From positions 1-42,199 of the IMG/VR virus record IMGVR_UViG_3300049012_000007: a DNA stretch of 42,199 nucleotides, one strand, 5' to 3'. The notes under the pieces are model-generated. The model was not told the DNA's origin. It ran no database searches and saw only the letters and a program-made list of their open reading frames with translations. The position numbers and the translations under genes were made by a program. Source of the stretch: a virus. Taxonomy: Duplodnaviria; Caudoviricetes. This document shows positions 8,611-16,622 of the stretch, one piece after another; the first letter of the stretch is position 1, and each line of letters opens with the position of its first letter.

Positions 8611-9081
8611 ATGATGAATAGCCTATACTTTAAACTTGGAGCTTTGGCTGTCGCATTCGCTGGCGGATTTTGGCTGAATGGCGTGCTGTGGGAATCCAAG
8701 TGGTCAGAGCGCGACAAAGCAGACGCCTTGTCAATCGTTGCGGCGCAAGAAGCTGAGCGAGCTAAGGAGCGTCAATGGCAAACAGATATTCAGAGAGTGC
8801 ATGATGATGCAAAGAAACGGCAAGAAACTATTGCAGCTGATGCTGCTGAGTTGTCTGTTACAGCTAACCGGCTGCGCGACAAAATCAAATCAATGTCAGC
8901 AGGTCAGCAAGGCGGAAATTCCACCGCTACCGACATCAGCAGAGGTGCCGCCACAGATAAAGTCGTGTATTCCGTCATGCTCGAAAGCGTTATCGTTAGA
9001 GCTGAACAATATGCTGGATACGCTGACAGAAACAGAGAAGCCGCATTAACTTGCAATGCGGCTTATAATGCGCTAAGGTAA
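8611..9081 (+). CDS. Rz-like inner-membrane spanin
   Basis: N-terminal TM helix, coiled-coil body, C-terminal 'TCNAAYNALR'. Confidence 0.8.
   Translation: MMNSLYFKLGALAVAFAGGFWLNGVLWESKWSERDKADALSIVAAQEAERAKERQWQTDIQRVHDDAKKRQETIAADAAELSVTANRLRDKIKSMSAGQQGGNSTATDISRGAATDKVVYSVMLESVIVRAEQYAGYADRNREAALTCNAAYNALR
8801..9049 (+). CDS. Rz1-like outer-membrane lipoprotein spanin embedded in Rz
   Basis: Alternate frame: MMMQRNGKKLLQLMLLSCLLQ-LTGC lipobox, then Pro/Cys-rich mature part. Confidence 0.75.
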   Translation: MMMQRNGKKLLQLMLLSCLLQLTGCATKSNQCQQVSKAEIPPLPTSAEVPPQIKSCIPSCSKALSLELNNMLDTLTETEKPH

Positions 9082-9116
9082 TCTTGTTTCCTTCCCCAGC
9101 TGTACTTTCTCCAGCC

Positions 9117-9680
9117 CTACTCACTTTGAGCTAGGGCTTTATTTTTTGCGTTGTAGACCGTCTGCAATGCGCAATTGAGCTGCTTTGATATTTCTGTGGC
9201 TGCAACACCGGCAGACACCAACTGCATAATCCTTGCGTGTCGTGGTGAGCCTCCACGAGTTCTGAGCTTGACGCCTAGCGACTTTGCAATAACGCACGGT
9301 AAAGACGCATCGCATCCGTATTTGTTGGCGATAAACTTCAGCGGATAGCCCTTGGCGTAATCTTCGGCAATCTGCTTGCGCACTTCCGCCTTACTAAATT
9401 CTTTGACGCGAGACAGTCCGATTTTGCTGGCGTGGTAGTGAACACCCTGCGCAGTCAATCCGACAGCTCTCGCTATTTCAGCATATGATTTATTGGCATC
9501 AAGCATTGCGTACAGCTCTGGTAGGTGCTTTCGCGCTGCACGGTTTTGCTTTTTGTAGTCAGCACCATAACGCCTGCGCACCGATATAACCGAGTTATAC
9601 GTTACGCCCAACTTATCCGCCACCTGCTGGCAAGTCATGCTATCCGGCATGGACAGAATCAGCTTAGTTGTTTCCTTCAT
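9117..9680 (-). CDS. Multi-HTH DNA-binding protein
   Basis: About four HTH-like units (MTCQQVADKLGVTYNSV; SYAEIARAVGLTAQGVHYH; LKFIANKYGCD; ATEISKQLNCALQTVYN); GGAG RBS. Confidence 0.75.
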   Translation of the reverse strand: MKETTKLILSMPDSMTCQQVADKLGVTYNSVISVRRRYGADYKKQNRAARKHLPELYAMLDANKSYAEIARAVGLTAQGVHYHASKIGLSRVKEFSKAEVRKQIAEDYAKGYPLKFIANKYGCDASLPCVIAKSLGVKLRTRGGSPRHARIMQLVSAGVAATEISKQLNCALQTVYNAKNKALAQSE

Positions 9681-10014
9681 TGCGCATCTCCCTCCAGGCT
9701 TGCCTAACGTAAATCGGTGAACAGCCAAGCTCTGCCGCGACCGCTTTTTGATCCTGACCGCCGAATTTCATCGCAATCATAGCTGCCAAACCTCTATCTT
9801 TTGGCCTTGTGTTATGCGGCACACCATCCCGCCCAGCATCCGCCCGCACTTGGCGCAGGCAGCTCTCAAGCATATTTGGCGGATTCCTCTGCAAATCAAT
9901 AATTACTGCGTTTGCTTTTTGTAGTTCAGCAAGGTATGCGTCGCGCTCATCTTTCAGCTTTTGAATCTCTTGTTGCTGCTCAAGCAGTGTGTCACTGTTG
10001 TAATAGTTCATCAA
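9664..10014 (-). CDS. Coiled-coil protein with C-terminal HTH-like motif
   Basis: 'QKAVAAELGCSPIYVRQAW'. Confidence 0.55.
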   Translation of the reverse strand: MMNYYNSDTLLEQQQEIQKLKDERDAYLAELQKANAVIIDLQRNPPNMLESCLRQVRADAGRDGVPHNTRPKDRGLAAMIAMKFGGQDQKAVAAELGCSPIYVRQAWREMRNEGNN

Positions 10015-10145
10015 ACATTCCTCACAAATTCATATGTACTAGCATGGTAAAAATTACCAGCTGCGTCTATTGCGCCATTGCCGTATGACTTCACGACAAT
10101 TTCTTTGCCGGTGGCGATGATGCGGACTAGTGATTTACGAATCAT
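10011..10145 (-). CDS. Hypothetical protein, 44 aa (MIRKSLVRIIATGKEIVV...)
   Basis: Translated by hand; 4-nt overlaps with both neighbours. Confidence 0.55.
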   Translation of the reverse strand: MIRKSLVRIIATGKEIVVKSYGNGAIDAAGNFYHASTYEFVRNV

Positions 10146-10297
10146 AACTTTACAACCTCAACCCGAAACCCGTCACCGATGTTAATTTCAAGACCTCTGG
10201 CTAATCTCGTTGCTTTTGAGATTCCAATAACCGCTGACTGTTTTACGACGTAGCCAGTGGCTATCTCAATAACGCTTACAGAATATAAAAAATTCAT
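10142..10297 (-). CDS. Hypothetical protein, 51 aa (MNFLYSVSVIEIATG...)
   Basis: Translated by hand; coupled to neighbours. Confidence 0.55.
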   Translation of the reverse strand: MNFLYSVSVIEIATGYVVKQSAVIGISKATRLARGLEINIGDGFRVEVVKL

Positions 10298-10512
10298 CAC
10301 ATCCGCTCCCACTGGCGAGCCGCAAAGCCCAAAACCTCTGACACTTTAGCTTTTGACTGGCGACTCGCAATCACTGCATTGTCAGACAGGCTCAAATCAC
10401 TGCTGTAGCTAAACCGGCACTTTTCGCAAAACGCCTCGACTACTGCCATCACTTGAGACTTACACCGACAGCCGGTTAACGCTGCTTTTGCTTCTATTAA
10501 GTTGCTGCTCAT
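10297..10512 (-). CDS. Hypothetical protein (MSSNLIEAK...)
   Basis: GGAGGGG RBS before ATG 10512. Confidence 0.55.
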   Translation of the reverse strand: MSSNLIEAKAALTGCRCKSQVMAVVEAFCEKCRFSYSSDLSLSDNAVIASRQSKAKVSEVLGFAARQWERM

Positions 10513-10634
10513 AAAAACCCCTCCACAAGTAAAACAACAAACGCCCAAACCAGACCACAGTAAGCCAATCCAAGCACCCAAACCGTCACGCGAATCAGTC
10601 TATCTAACTTCGCCTTATCATCACATCTGCGCAT
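10509..10634 (-). CDS. Small membrane protein, 41 aa
   Basis: MRRCDDKAKLDRLIRVTVWVLGLAYCGLVWAFVVLLVEGFL; coupled to both neighbours. Confidence 0.5.
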   Translation of the reverse strand: MRRCDDKAKLDRLIRVTVWVLGLAYCGLVWAFVVLLVEGFL

Positions 10635-10834
10635 CATTGCAGCCACCCTAAGCGGTTAGCCGCTTCAAGTAATGCAACAGCACCAGACACGCACGCTACG
10701 ACAGCAAACCAGCGCGCAATCATCACCATGTTGCTGCGGCGTGGCGCGTTGATGTCGATTAACGGTTTGAATCCTTTCATAAGCTCACCTGCCTTGGTTC
10801 TTTCGTTTGGGTATGTAAGTTTTACATTATTCAT
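10634..10834 (-). CDS. Small membrane protein, 66 aa
   Basis: GAGGTG RBS; C-terminal hydrophobic helix. Confidence 0.6.
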   Translation of the reverse strand: MNNVKLTYPNERTKAGELMKGFKPLIDINAPRRSNMVMIARWFAVVACVSGAVALLEAANRLGWLQ

Positions 10835-10869
10835 ATAGCACCTCTTGGTGCCGTACTGCGCAGCTCGGC

Positions 10870-11043
10870 TTAGTAAATTTCTGAAAGCTCAAATTCAAGC
10901 TCGTCAACAGCATCTTCATCAGCGACTAAATCGTAAGATTCGCCATCAACTAAATACCATTGGCTATCAATTTTCATAAAGGTTTGGTCGTTGAACTTAA
11001 CCTTAATCTCAACTCCGAGTAATTCCATCTTATTTATCTCCAT
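10870..11043 (-). CDS. Small acidic protein
   Basis: Very acidic C-terminus (DLVADEDAVDELEFELSEIY). Confidence 0.55.
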   Translation of the reverse strand: MEINKMELLGVEIKVKFNDQTFMKIDSQWYLVDGESYDLVADEDAVDELEFELSEIY

Positions 11044-11386
11044 AAACCAGCTTCTCAAGCTGCATTTTGATTAATTGCATTTCTGCGGTGTTTGATGTTC
11101 TCGCAATCAGCTTTTTGTCAATCGTTGACTTTCCAAGCGTTAGAAAAATCAAGCTCAAGCTGTATGCTGACAACTCAAAACACACCCACTTAGATACAGA
11201 TTCACACACCCAATTCTGCGCATTATACAAATAACACAGCCGCGCAATCTCACAGACTAACTGCCACTCAAGCGAGGTGACGTCTGCTTCTGCTTGGATG
11301 GTTTTCCGGTGGCGCTTTGCTGAATCCCAGCGATTAACCGCCTGGGTGCTGATGCCGTAAAATTCTGCTAACTGCTTACTGTTCAT
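11030..11386 (-). CDS. HTH DNA-binding protein
   Basis: AAGGAG RBS; 'SKQLAEFYGISTQAVNRW' HTH. Confidence 0.7.
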   Translation of the reverse strand: MNSKQLAEFYGISTQAVNRWDSAKRHRKTIQAEADVTSLEWQLVCEIARLCYLYNAQNWVCESVSKWVCFELSAYSLSLIFLTLGKSTIDKKLIARTSNTAEMQLIKMQLEKLVYGDK

Positions 11387-11411
11387 TTTTATTCTCCTTT
11401 GTTTCGGTAAA

Positions 11412-11443
11412 GAAACTATAGTTTCCTGAAACGTAAGTTGCAA
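11412..11443 (-). promoter_or_regulatory. Sigma70 promoter with a palindromic operator over the -10
   Basis: TTGCAA (11443-11438), 17 bp, TATAGT (11420-11415); perfect palindrome GAAACTATAGTTTC at 11412-11425. Confidence 0.7.
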
Positions 11444-11455
11444 GCATTATTTTAC

Positions 11456-12445
11456 TCATCGTACCAGTGGATGCATCTGCCTAAAAATGTGCGCTATAAC
11501 GTCAACCGTCCAGCCGTTGCCAAGCATCTTGTATCTCTGAGTGTTGCTAACGTGGGCAGTATAATTTTCTGGCACAGTCTGAAGCCGCTCAAACTCTATT
11601 GGCGTAAACATTCTGGCCCTTACTGTTCTGCTAAAGCAAAGTTTGCCACTTGGAGTTGTGTATATTTCCGCTCCATCAAACACAACGCAGTCTGTTTGGC
11701 TGTGATTGCCAGCGCTATTGGCGCCAGCCGTTAGAGCGCCAGCCGTTAGAGCGCCAGCTTTTAGCTGGTTAGATTTTGCCTTTGTAGGCTTTCCTTTTTG
11801 CACAATAACAAAGTTGTTATGTTCCCATGCAGATGACGATATTGAGCCGACCTTGCCGTCAATACTCCTGACTCCACCTTTATTATTCCCGCGAGGCGTT
11901 AAGTAGCTGCACACGGCACCATCGATGATGTCTTTTAGAAATATGCCTTTATCTTCAGGTTGTCCAACTTTCCAGTTGCACCAATAATAACGCTGGCGAT
12001 TTTGGGCGCTAACCAAATTTGAGTTGATAAAAACAGGCTCAACGACGAGCGTTTCAGTAATAACCTGCAAACTTTCTCTCTTCATCTTGACGTTTTCAAG
12101 CAGGAATTTAACGCCAGGATTAACGCTGCGGATATGGTTTAAAATATCCACATAAACAAAAAACAACTTGCTGCGCGGGTCATCAAAAGCCAGCTGCTTA
12201 CCTGCAAAGCTAAATCCTTGACACGGGCTTCCACCAATAAGTAAATCGATGCCGGACCAGTCAATGTTCCAGCTGCGCCAGTTTGTAACATCTCCGAGAT
12301 GTTCAATATCATTCCAGTTGGCTTTCGACACTTGAATAGCAAACTTATCTATTTCGCTGGCGTAATATTTTTCAGGTGTGATGCCTGCTCGTTCCAGCGC
12401 TATGCGACCACAAGACATCCCATCGAATAAACTTAAAACTTTCAT
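11456..12445 (-). CDS. DNA (cytosine-5) methyltransferase
   Basis: Motif I 'LSLFDGMSCG', IV 'GGSPCQGFS', VI 'ENV', VIII 'QNRQRYYW', X 'YKMLGNGW'. Confidence 0.95.
   Translation of the reverse strand: MKVLSLFDGMSCGRIALERAGITPEKYYASEIDKFAIQVSKANWNDIEHLGDVTNWRSWNIDWSGIDLLIGGSPCQGFSFAGKQLAFDDPRSKLFFVYVDILNHIRSVNPGVKFLLENVKMKRESLQVITETLVVEPVFINSNLVSAQNRQRYYWCNWKVGQPEDKGIFLKDIIDGAVCSYLTPRGNNKGGVRSIDGKVGSISSSAWEHNNFVIVQKGKPTKAKSNQLKAGALTAGALTAGANSAGNHSQTDCVVFDGAEIYTTPSGKLCFSRTVRARMFTPIEFERLQTVPENYTAHVSNTQRYKMLGNGWTVDVIAHIFRQMHPLVR
11721..11758. repeat. 15-bp tandem duplication (about 2.5 copies) in the methyltransferase variable region
   Basis: GCGCCAGCCGTTAGA x2 + GCGCCAGC, encoding AGALT-AGALT-AGA. 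Confidence 0.9.
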
Positions 12446-12469
12446 ATCATTCTCCGCTGTAAAAACAAA

Positions 12470-12509
12470 ACCGTATCACACTCGCCTATTGATAATGGTC
12501 AGACCACTA
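12470..12509 (-). promoter_or_regulatory. FadR-like box + extended -10 promoter A (drives methyltransferase)
   Basis: Minus strand TAGTGGTCTGACCATTA (centre 12501); TGTGA-TACGGT (-12 at 12475); 26 bp. Confidence 0.7.
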
Positions 12510-12635
12510 CCTAACCCACTCCGGATAAATCCGGAACCGCTGAAATATCGCCTCGGGAACTTCTTCTGGTGGTATGTCAGTGATGTATGGAAATGGTCGT
12601 TCATAGTTTGGAAGTTTAATTGTGTATTTCTTCAA
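12507..12635 (-). CDS. Hypothetical protein, 42 aa (MKKYTIKLPNYERPFPYITD...)
   Basis: TTG start with GGAG RBS overlapping the upstream TGA; translated by hand. Confidence 0.5.
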   Translation of the reverse strand: MKKYTIKLPNYERPFPYITDIPPEEVPEAIFQRFRIYPEWVR

Positions 12636-13564
12636 AATAGCTCCAGTTGATTCGCAAACGCCTCGCATGACTCCGTGCATCCACCCGGTTCTTTGCGCTT
12701 CATGCTGCGGATTGAATCATAAATTTCATCGCGGCTGTGCAGTGCAAATTTTGCAATGATTGACTCCATACTGTTACTGCCTCGATACATAACTCCCTTT
12801 TTGATGTGCTGTGTGTGTGTTTCTTGAAATAGACCATCCGTGGTTTTTTCGATAGGCTGGTTTAGCCTATCGGATGCTGAGTCAATAGCGCCAAGCCAAT
12901 CAGCAAGCAACTCTGGCTCGTCACGCGAAGCTAGGGCCAATTTGTTTATCGACTTCTTGATGCAGAAAACGCAGTTGCCTTGATGCTCCTGTATTTCTAA
13001 ATCGAATGGCATGCCAGACCAAAAGTCAAGAACGTCATCTTTTTCAAAGTCTGTTATTTCTGCCATATAGCGAATGCCGCGAGCATTTCCTATTTTTAAT
13101 CGCGCCGGCTCATCGTATCGAATACCAAGCCATGTTGAGTAATTTCCTTTGCCGTATTTGTCGTTACAGTATTTATCGTGCGTTTCTTCTTTCATGCGGC
13201 TGGTACACCATGCAGACATTACGGTTGGCGCGCCATATTTCCGCATAAGCTGGGCAAATGGTCCGTTCTGCATATCGTATTTAATTTCGCTAACATCAAT
13301 AACTTCGTAGGTGTGACCGACGCCAACCGGCTGATTAAAATCACCACGCAAACAGGTCAACTCAATTCCAAAATGCTCAACACACTTTTTGATAAACTTA
13401 TAAGTCTTTGGATGCTCTGCGCCAGTATCCATGAAGATATACTCTACTTGCGCAGTCCATTCACCAGACTTACGCATAGACTCAATCAGCCAAACCATAT
13501 ACGCAGACGTGCGTCCGCCTGAAAAGCTAACTACCTGCACTTTTGAGTTATCTATTTTAATCAT
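12632..13564 (-). CDS. PAPS-reductase-like PP-loop protein with Cys cluster
   Basis: 'SFSGGRTSAYM', 'DTGAEHPKTY', 'WCTSRMK', 'GIRYDE..R', 'GNCVFC', 'GCTESC'; GGAGGT RBS. Confidence 0.85.
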   Translation of the reverse strand: MIKIDNSKVQVVSFSGGRTSAYMVWLIESMRKSGEWTAQVEYIFMDTGAEHPKTYKFIKKCVEHFGIELTCLRGDFNQPVGVGHTYEVIDVSEIKYDMQNGPFAQLMRKYGAPTVMSAWCTSRMKEETHDKYCNDKYGKGNYSTWLGIRYDEPARLKIGNARGIRYMAEITDFEKDDVLDFWSGMPFDLEIQEHQGNCVFCIKKSINKLALASRDEPELLADWLGAIDSASDRLNQPIEKTTDGLFQETHTQHIKKGVMYRGSNSMESIIAKFALHSRDEIYDSIRSMKRKEPGGCTESCEAFANQLELF

Positions 13565-13584
13565 TCCCACCTCCAAAAATAAAA

Positions 13585-13624
13585 ACCATACCACAACAAA
13601 TCACTCTATCTGGTCTGACTTCAT
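13585..13624 (-). promoter_or_regulatory. FadR-like box + extended -10 promoter B (drives PAPS-reductase-like gene)
   Basis: Minus strand ATGAAGTCAGACCAGAT (centre 13616); TGTGG-TATGGT (-12 at 13590); 26 bp. Confidence 0.65.
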
Positions 13625-13754
13625 CCGCTCCAGTGCGATCTCCACAACCAGCACAACCAGCATCCTCAACATAGCCGTATCATATCGACTAAACCCTGCT
13701 GCGTATGGGTAGTTTAGTTCCGGCAACACTAATTGGTTTGGCTGGTGGGGTTGG

Positions 13755-14237
13755 CTATTCATTGCAGTCAGAATCCATTATTCCAAGAATTTTCCTTGCT
13801 TTATCGTAATGGATTAATAGCATTCCATTCATTGCATCTGTTTGCACAAAATTCTCTTTCTGCTCATCAAGCATGTCTGAGTCATCATCAAGTATTAAAT
13901 AATTCTCGATTTCTTGGTGGCGATTTAACCACTCTGCAATTTCATCTCCGCGTTTTACGCAAAATCCGCTCATCTGCTTTGTTTGCCAGTCCGCATGAAA
14001 CGCGTTTGCAATAGCCTTAAATCCGCAACACCTGAAAAGTTGCTTCAGCTGCCTGTCAGTTGCGCCAATTCTCCAGCTTGAACTGATTACAATTTTAGCT
14101 TTTGCATCCAAAACAAGGCGTTGAACCATATGCATTGCCGCTGGCTCAAAAGCGCTTAGCCAGCCAGTTTCATTAATTGCCACACAATATCTAGGCGACT
14201 GAATAACGCCATCAATATCAAGAAAAATTACATTCAT
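13755..14237 (-). CDS. HAD-superfamily phosphatase (Swiss-army-knife RNA-repair-like HAD)
   Basis: 'IFLDIDGV', 'IVISSSWR', 'RGDEI..W', 'YLILDDDSDM'. Confidence 0.85.
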   Translation of the reverse strand: MNVIFLDIDGVIQSPRYCVAINETGWLSAFEPAAMHMVQRLVLDAKAKIVISSSWRIGATDRQLKQLFRCCGFKAIANAFHADWQTKQMSGFCVKRGDEIAEWLNRHQEIENYLILDDDSDMLDEQKENFVQTDAMNGMLLIHYDKARKILGIMDSDCNE

Positions 14238-14277
14238 CTCTCACTCCAAAAGGCGACACGCAGTCGCCGGTGGTTGG

Positions 14278-14472
14278 TTAATTCCTCGCCATCATAGATA
14301 GCGCTGACTCTAACTTGTTAAGTGCGCTATCAAGCAAATCAGCGCATGGGTCGCACTCATCCAAATCAAGCGCAGTTCCTTGCAGGTTTGCTGGGTCAAT
14401 CTTTGCCTGGCGAATGGCATATTGAATAGAATCAATTTCGCTAATCGCCTCAAGCAGTCGTTTCTGGTACAT
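14278..14472 (-). CDS. Hypothetical helical protein
   Basis: AGGAG RBS; 64 aa. Confidence 0.6.
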   Translation of the reverse strand: MYQKRLLEAISEIDSIQYAIRQAKIDPANLQGTALDLDECDPCADLLDSALNKLESALSMMARN

Positions 14473-14481
14473 GGCGCGCTC

Positions 14482-14889
14482 CTAAAATGGAATATCGTCA
14501 TCGAAATCCGGCAAACCTGCTGGCTGCTGTGCTGGTGCTGGACGCGCAGGCGCTGACTGTTGTGGTGCTGGACGTGCCGCTGCTTGCGGTGCAGCTTCTG
14601 ACTTACCTCCAAGCGTTACACTGTTACAGCGTAGCGTGATGTAGGTTTTGCCTTCATGCTCTCGCGTTCCAAGCTCGCCAGACACAACAACAAACTGACC
14701 TTTTTTCAGATACTGCACCAATCCGGATTCAGCCTGCTTTCCCCATACTGAGCAGTCCAGCCAAATAGTTTGCGCTTTGTCGCCATAGCCTGATTTCATT
14801 GCCAGGCTAAAACCTGCTACTGCTGTGCCGCCAGCATTACGCACTTCTGCGTCGCGGCCAATGTTTCCTGATGCGGTTAATACGTTCAT
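14482..14889 (-). CDS. ssb: Single-stranded DNA-binding protein
   Basis: OB fold 'GNIGRDAE...WGKQAE...YLKKG...V.GEL'; acidic tail 'DFDDDIPF'. Confidence 0.95.
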   Translation of the reverse strand: MNVLTASGNIGRDAEVRNAGGTAVAGFSLAMKSGYGDKAQTIWLDCSVWGKQAESGLVQYLKKGQFVVVSGELGTREHEGKTYITLRCNSVTLGGKSEAAPQAAARPAPQQSAPARPAPAQQPAGLPDFDDDIPF

Positions 14890-14920
14890 TTCTAATCCTT
14901 AATGGTTGTTGGAGCTGTGA

Positions 14921-15517
14921 TCACAGCTCCGGTTCTTCTGGTGATTCTTCAATAACAACTGGAGCTACCCGCTCAAGTTCGGATAGCTGAGCTGATGTTA
15001 ACTGACCTGTTTGTTGGCACTTTGCAACTACTTGCTGAAGTGTCATCTCTCCTGACTGCATTTTTGCCGCCATAGTCTGCAGTGCTGCTGCAAACTTGTC
15101 ATCTGGATATGCTGGCATCTGCGTATCAAGGTATGAGACATTGACTGGAACGCGCTGCTGCCTGTTTATTGCTTCAACAACAACCATTCCGCGCTTATCA
15201 ATATCTGACATTGCTTTTACGCGAATGCCGCCAACTTCTTTGCCTGCGTATTTCACTGATGCGTCAAAATGCAGTTTTACTGACTTGCCAATCCAATTAT
15301 CAGATTCCCAGCCCCAGCCAGCAGCCAATACTCGCCGCATGCCTTTGCTTGGCTTCCACGGGCGGTTGTTGTCGCCGTCGAAGTAAACTGAAACTGGTTG
15401 CTCTTTACCGCTACCAACAGCGACATTGCGGATCCGAATAACCAAATCAATCCCCATGATGTCAGTAGCATTGAGCTGGTCTGACTTCGCTTCTAGCGTT
15501 CCTCTTACGTCGGCCAT
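14921..15517 (-). CDS. Putative recombination/ssDNA-annealing partner protein
   Basis: Between exonuclease and SSB; 'KSDQLNA.D...PWKPSKGMRRVL...WG...W.G...GGIR' phage motif. Confidence 0.5.
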   Translation of the reverse strand: MADVRGTLEAKSDQLNATDIMGIDLVIRIRNVAVGSGKEQPVSVYFDGDNNRPWKPSKGMRRVLAAGWGWESDNWIGKSVKLHFDASVKYAGKEVGGIRVKAMSDIDKRGMVVVEAINRQQRVPVNVSYLDTQMPAYPDDKFAAALQTMAAKMQSGEMTLQQVVAKCQQTGQLTSAQLSELERVAPVVIEESPEEPEL

Positions 15518-15518
15518 A

Positions 15519-16364
15519 TTAAAACTCTCCTAATAGTTCAGGGTCTGCCGCCCAGTTCGGTAAAGTAATGTATTCCAAGTTGCCAGCAGGCATCGGCCAA
15601 TCGTTGCGCTGCAAGCAATCTGCGTACAGGTCAAGCGCTTGGCGGTACAGCTTGCGGCCATAGTCAACTGATGGTGTATCAAGCCGGAATATGCGGCTTG
15701 CGTTTGGCGCTTCTTTCTCAACAGCTAAGAAGTCAAATGACTCTAACTGCAAACCAGTCGCCCACGCAAACACATCGGAGTAGTACGCCTGCTGCACATG
15801 GTAGCGATAGTTGGCAACTGACTTGGCAAAGTCTCGCAAGTCTTGTGTTGTCTTCAGGTCAACGCTTCGCAGGTCTGCCAGCAACTTGTCGAACTTGCAC
15901 TTGACCAATACTCCGGTAATTGGATCCGTTGCGAATACAGCAATCTCAACATATCCAGATGCGTCAAGTAGCTCGACAGCTGCACTGTTCAAGCGCACTG
16001 ACTCACGCATGCCAATCACTGAGTCAGCCTCTGTGCCTGTCAGTACGTTATCAGCGCCAAACTGCTCTGCCGCTTGCTTATATACAGAGCTGCGCCGGTC
16101 TGTTACGTCACGCAGTAGCATATACTGCTTGTCGAACTCTGCAGGCTCAAGGATGGCTGCATGCGTTGCGCTACCTATTACCATAGCGCGTGTTGGTTCA
16201 GTCGCTGCGCGATATGCGTAGTGCGCTGGGCTGCGTGCAATCAGGTCAAGACCTGACTTGCTGATGCCAAAACCGCTGTGATAAGCATCGTTTGGCATAC
16301 CAGTCACCAAGCAACCAGCCGCAGCCAGCTCAGGTGTTAACTCTTCGTATTTGATTATCTTCAT
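15519..16364 (-). CDS. RecE/exonuclease VIII-like PD-(D/E)XK nuclease
   Basis: 'YH...ISKSGLD...SPAHY', 'GSATHAAILEP', 'KCKFD...DLKTT', 'YHVQQAYY'. Confidence 0.9.
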   Translation of the reverse strand: MKIIKYEELTPELAAAGCLVTGMPNDAYHSGFGISKSGLDLIARSPAHYAYRAATEPTRAMVIGSATHAAILEPAEFDKQYMLLRDVTDRRSSVYKQAAEQFGADNVLTGTEADSVIGMRESVRLNSAAVELLDASGYVEIAVFATDPITGVLVKCKFDKLLADLRSVDLKTTQDLRDFAKSVANYRYHVQQAYYSDVFAWATGLQLESFDFLAVEKEAPNASRIFRLDTPSVDYGRKLYRQALDLYADCLQRNDWPMPAGNLEYITLPNWAADPELLGEF

Positions 16365-16380
16365 TGTGTCGCTCCGTTGG

Positions 16381-16421
16381 TTGACGTGCTCAATATAATG
16401 CGTATATTATGCTTATGTCAA
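16381..16421. promoter_or_regulatory. Overlapping divergent sigma70 promoters
   Basis: Plus strand TTGACG (16381), 18 bp, TATTAT (16405); minus strand TTGACA (16421-16416), 18 bp, TATATT (16397-16392). Confidence 0.7.
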
Positions 16422-16442
16422 CAATAAAACGGAGCCATTAAA

Positions 16443-16622
16443 ATGAATATCTCGAAAGCATACAAAGAAATTAGCGAGGCACTGACCAAGCATGACAACC
16501 TGATGGAGATTAGCCGCAAGTCTGGCGTTGCTTACAACACGCTGCTTGCTATCAAGGCAGGAACAGCAAACCCTACCATTGGCACGCTTGAGGCTGTTGC
16601 GACAGCGCTGGAGGCACAATGA
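16443..16622 (+). CDS. Cro-like XRE-family HTH regulator, 59 aa
   Basis: MNISKAYKEISEALTKHDNLMEISRKSGVAYNTLLAIKAGTANPTIGTLEAVATALEAQ; GGAG RBS; ATGA overlap with helicase; absent from the ORF track. Confidence 0.85.
   Translation: MNISKAYKEISEALTKHDNLMEISRKSGVAYNTLLAIKAGTANPTIGTLEAVATALEAQ

Noticed and set aside
8700-8712. GTGGTCAGAGCGC half-box in Rz
   Set aside because: Only one half-site, coding, and no spaced -10
15476-15488. CTGGTCTGACTTC, identical to the core of box B
   Set aside because: Inside a coding region (KSDQ codons) with no -10 at 26-27 bp on either strand
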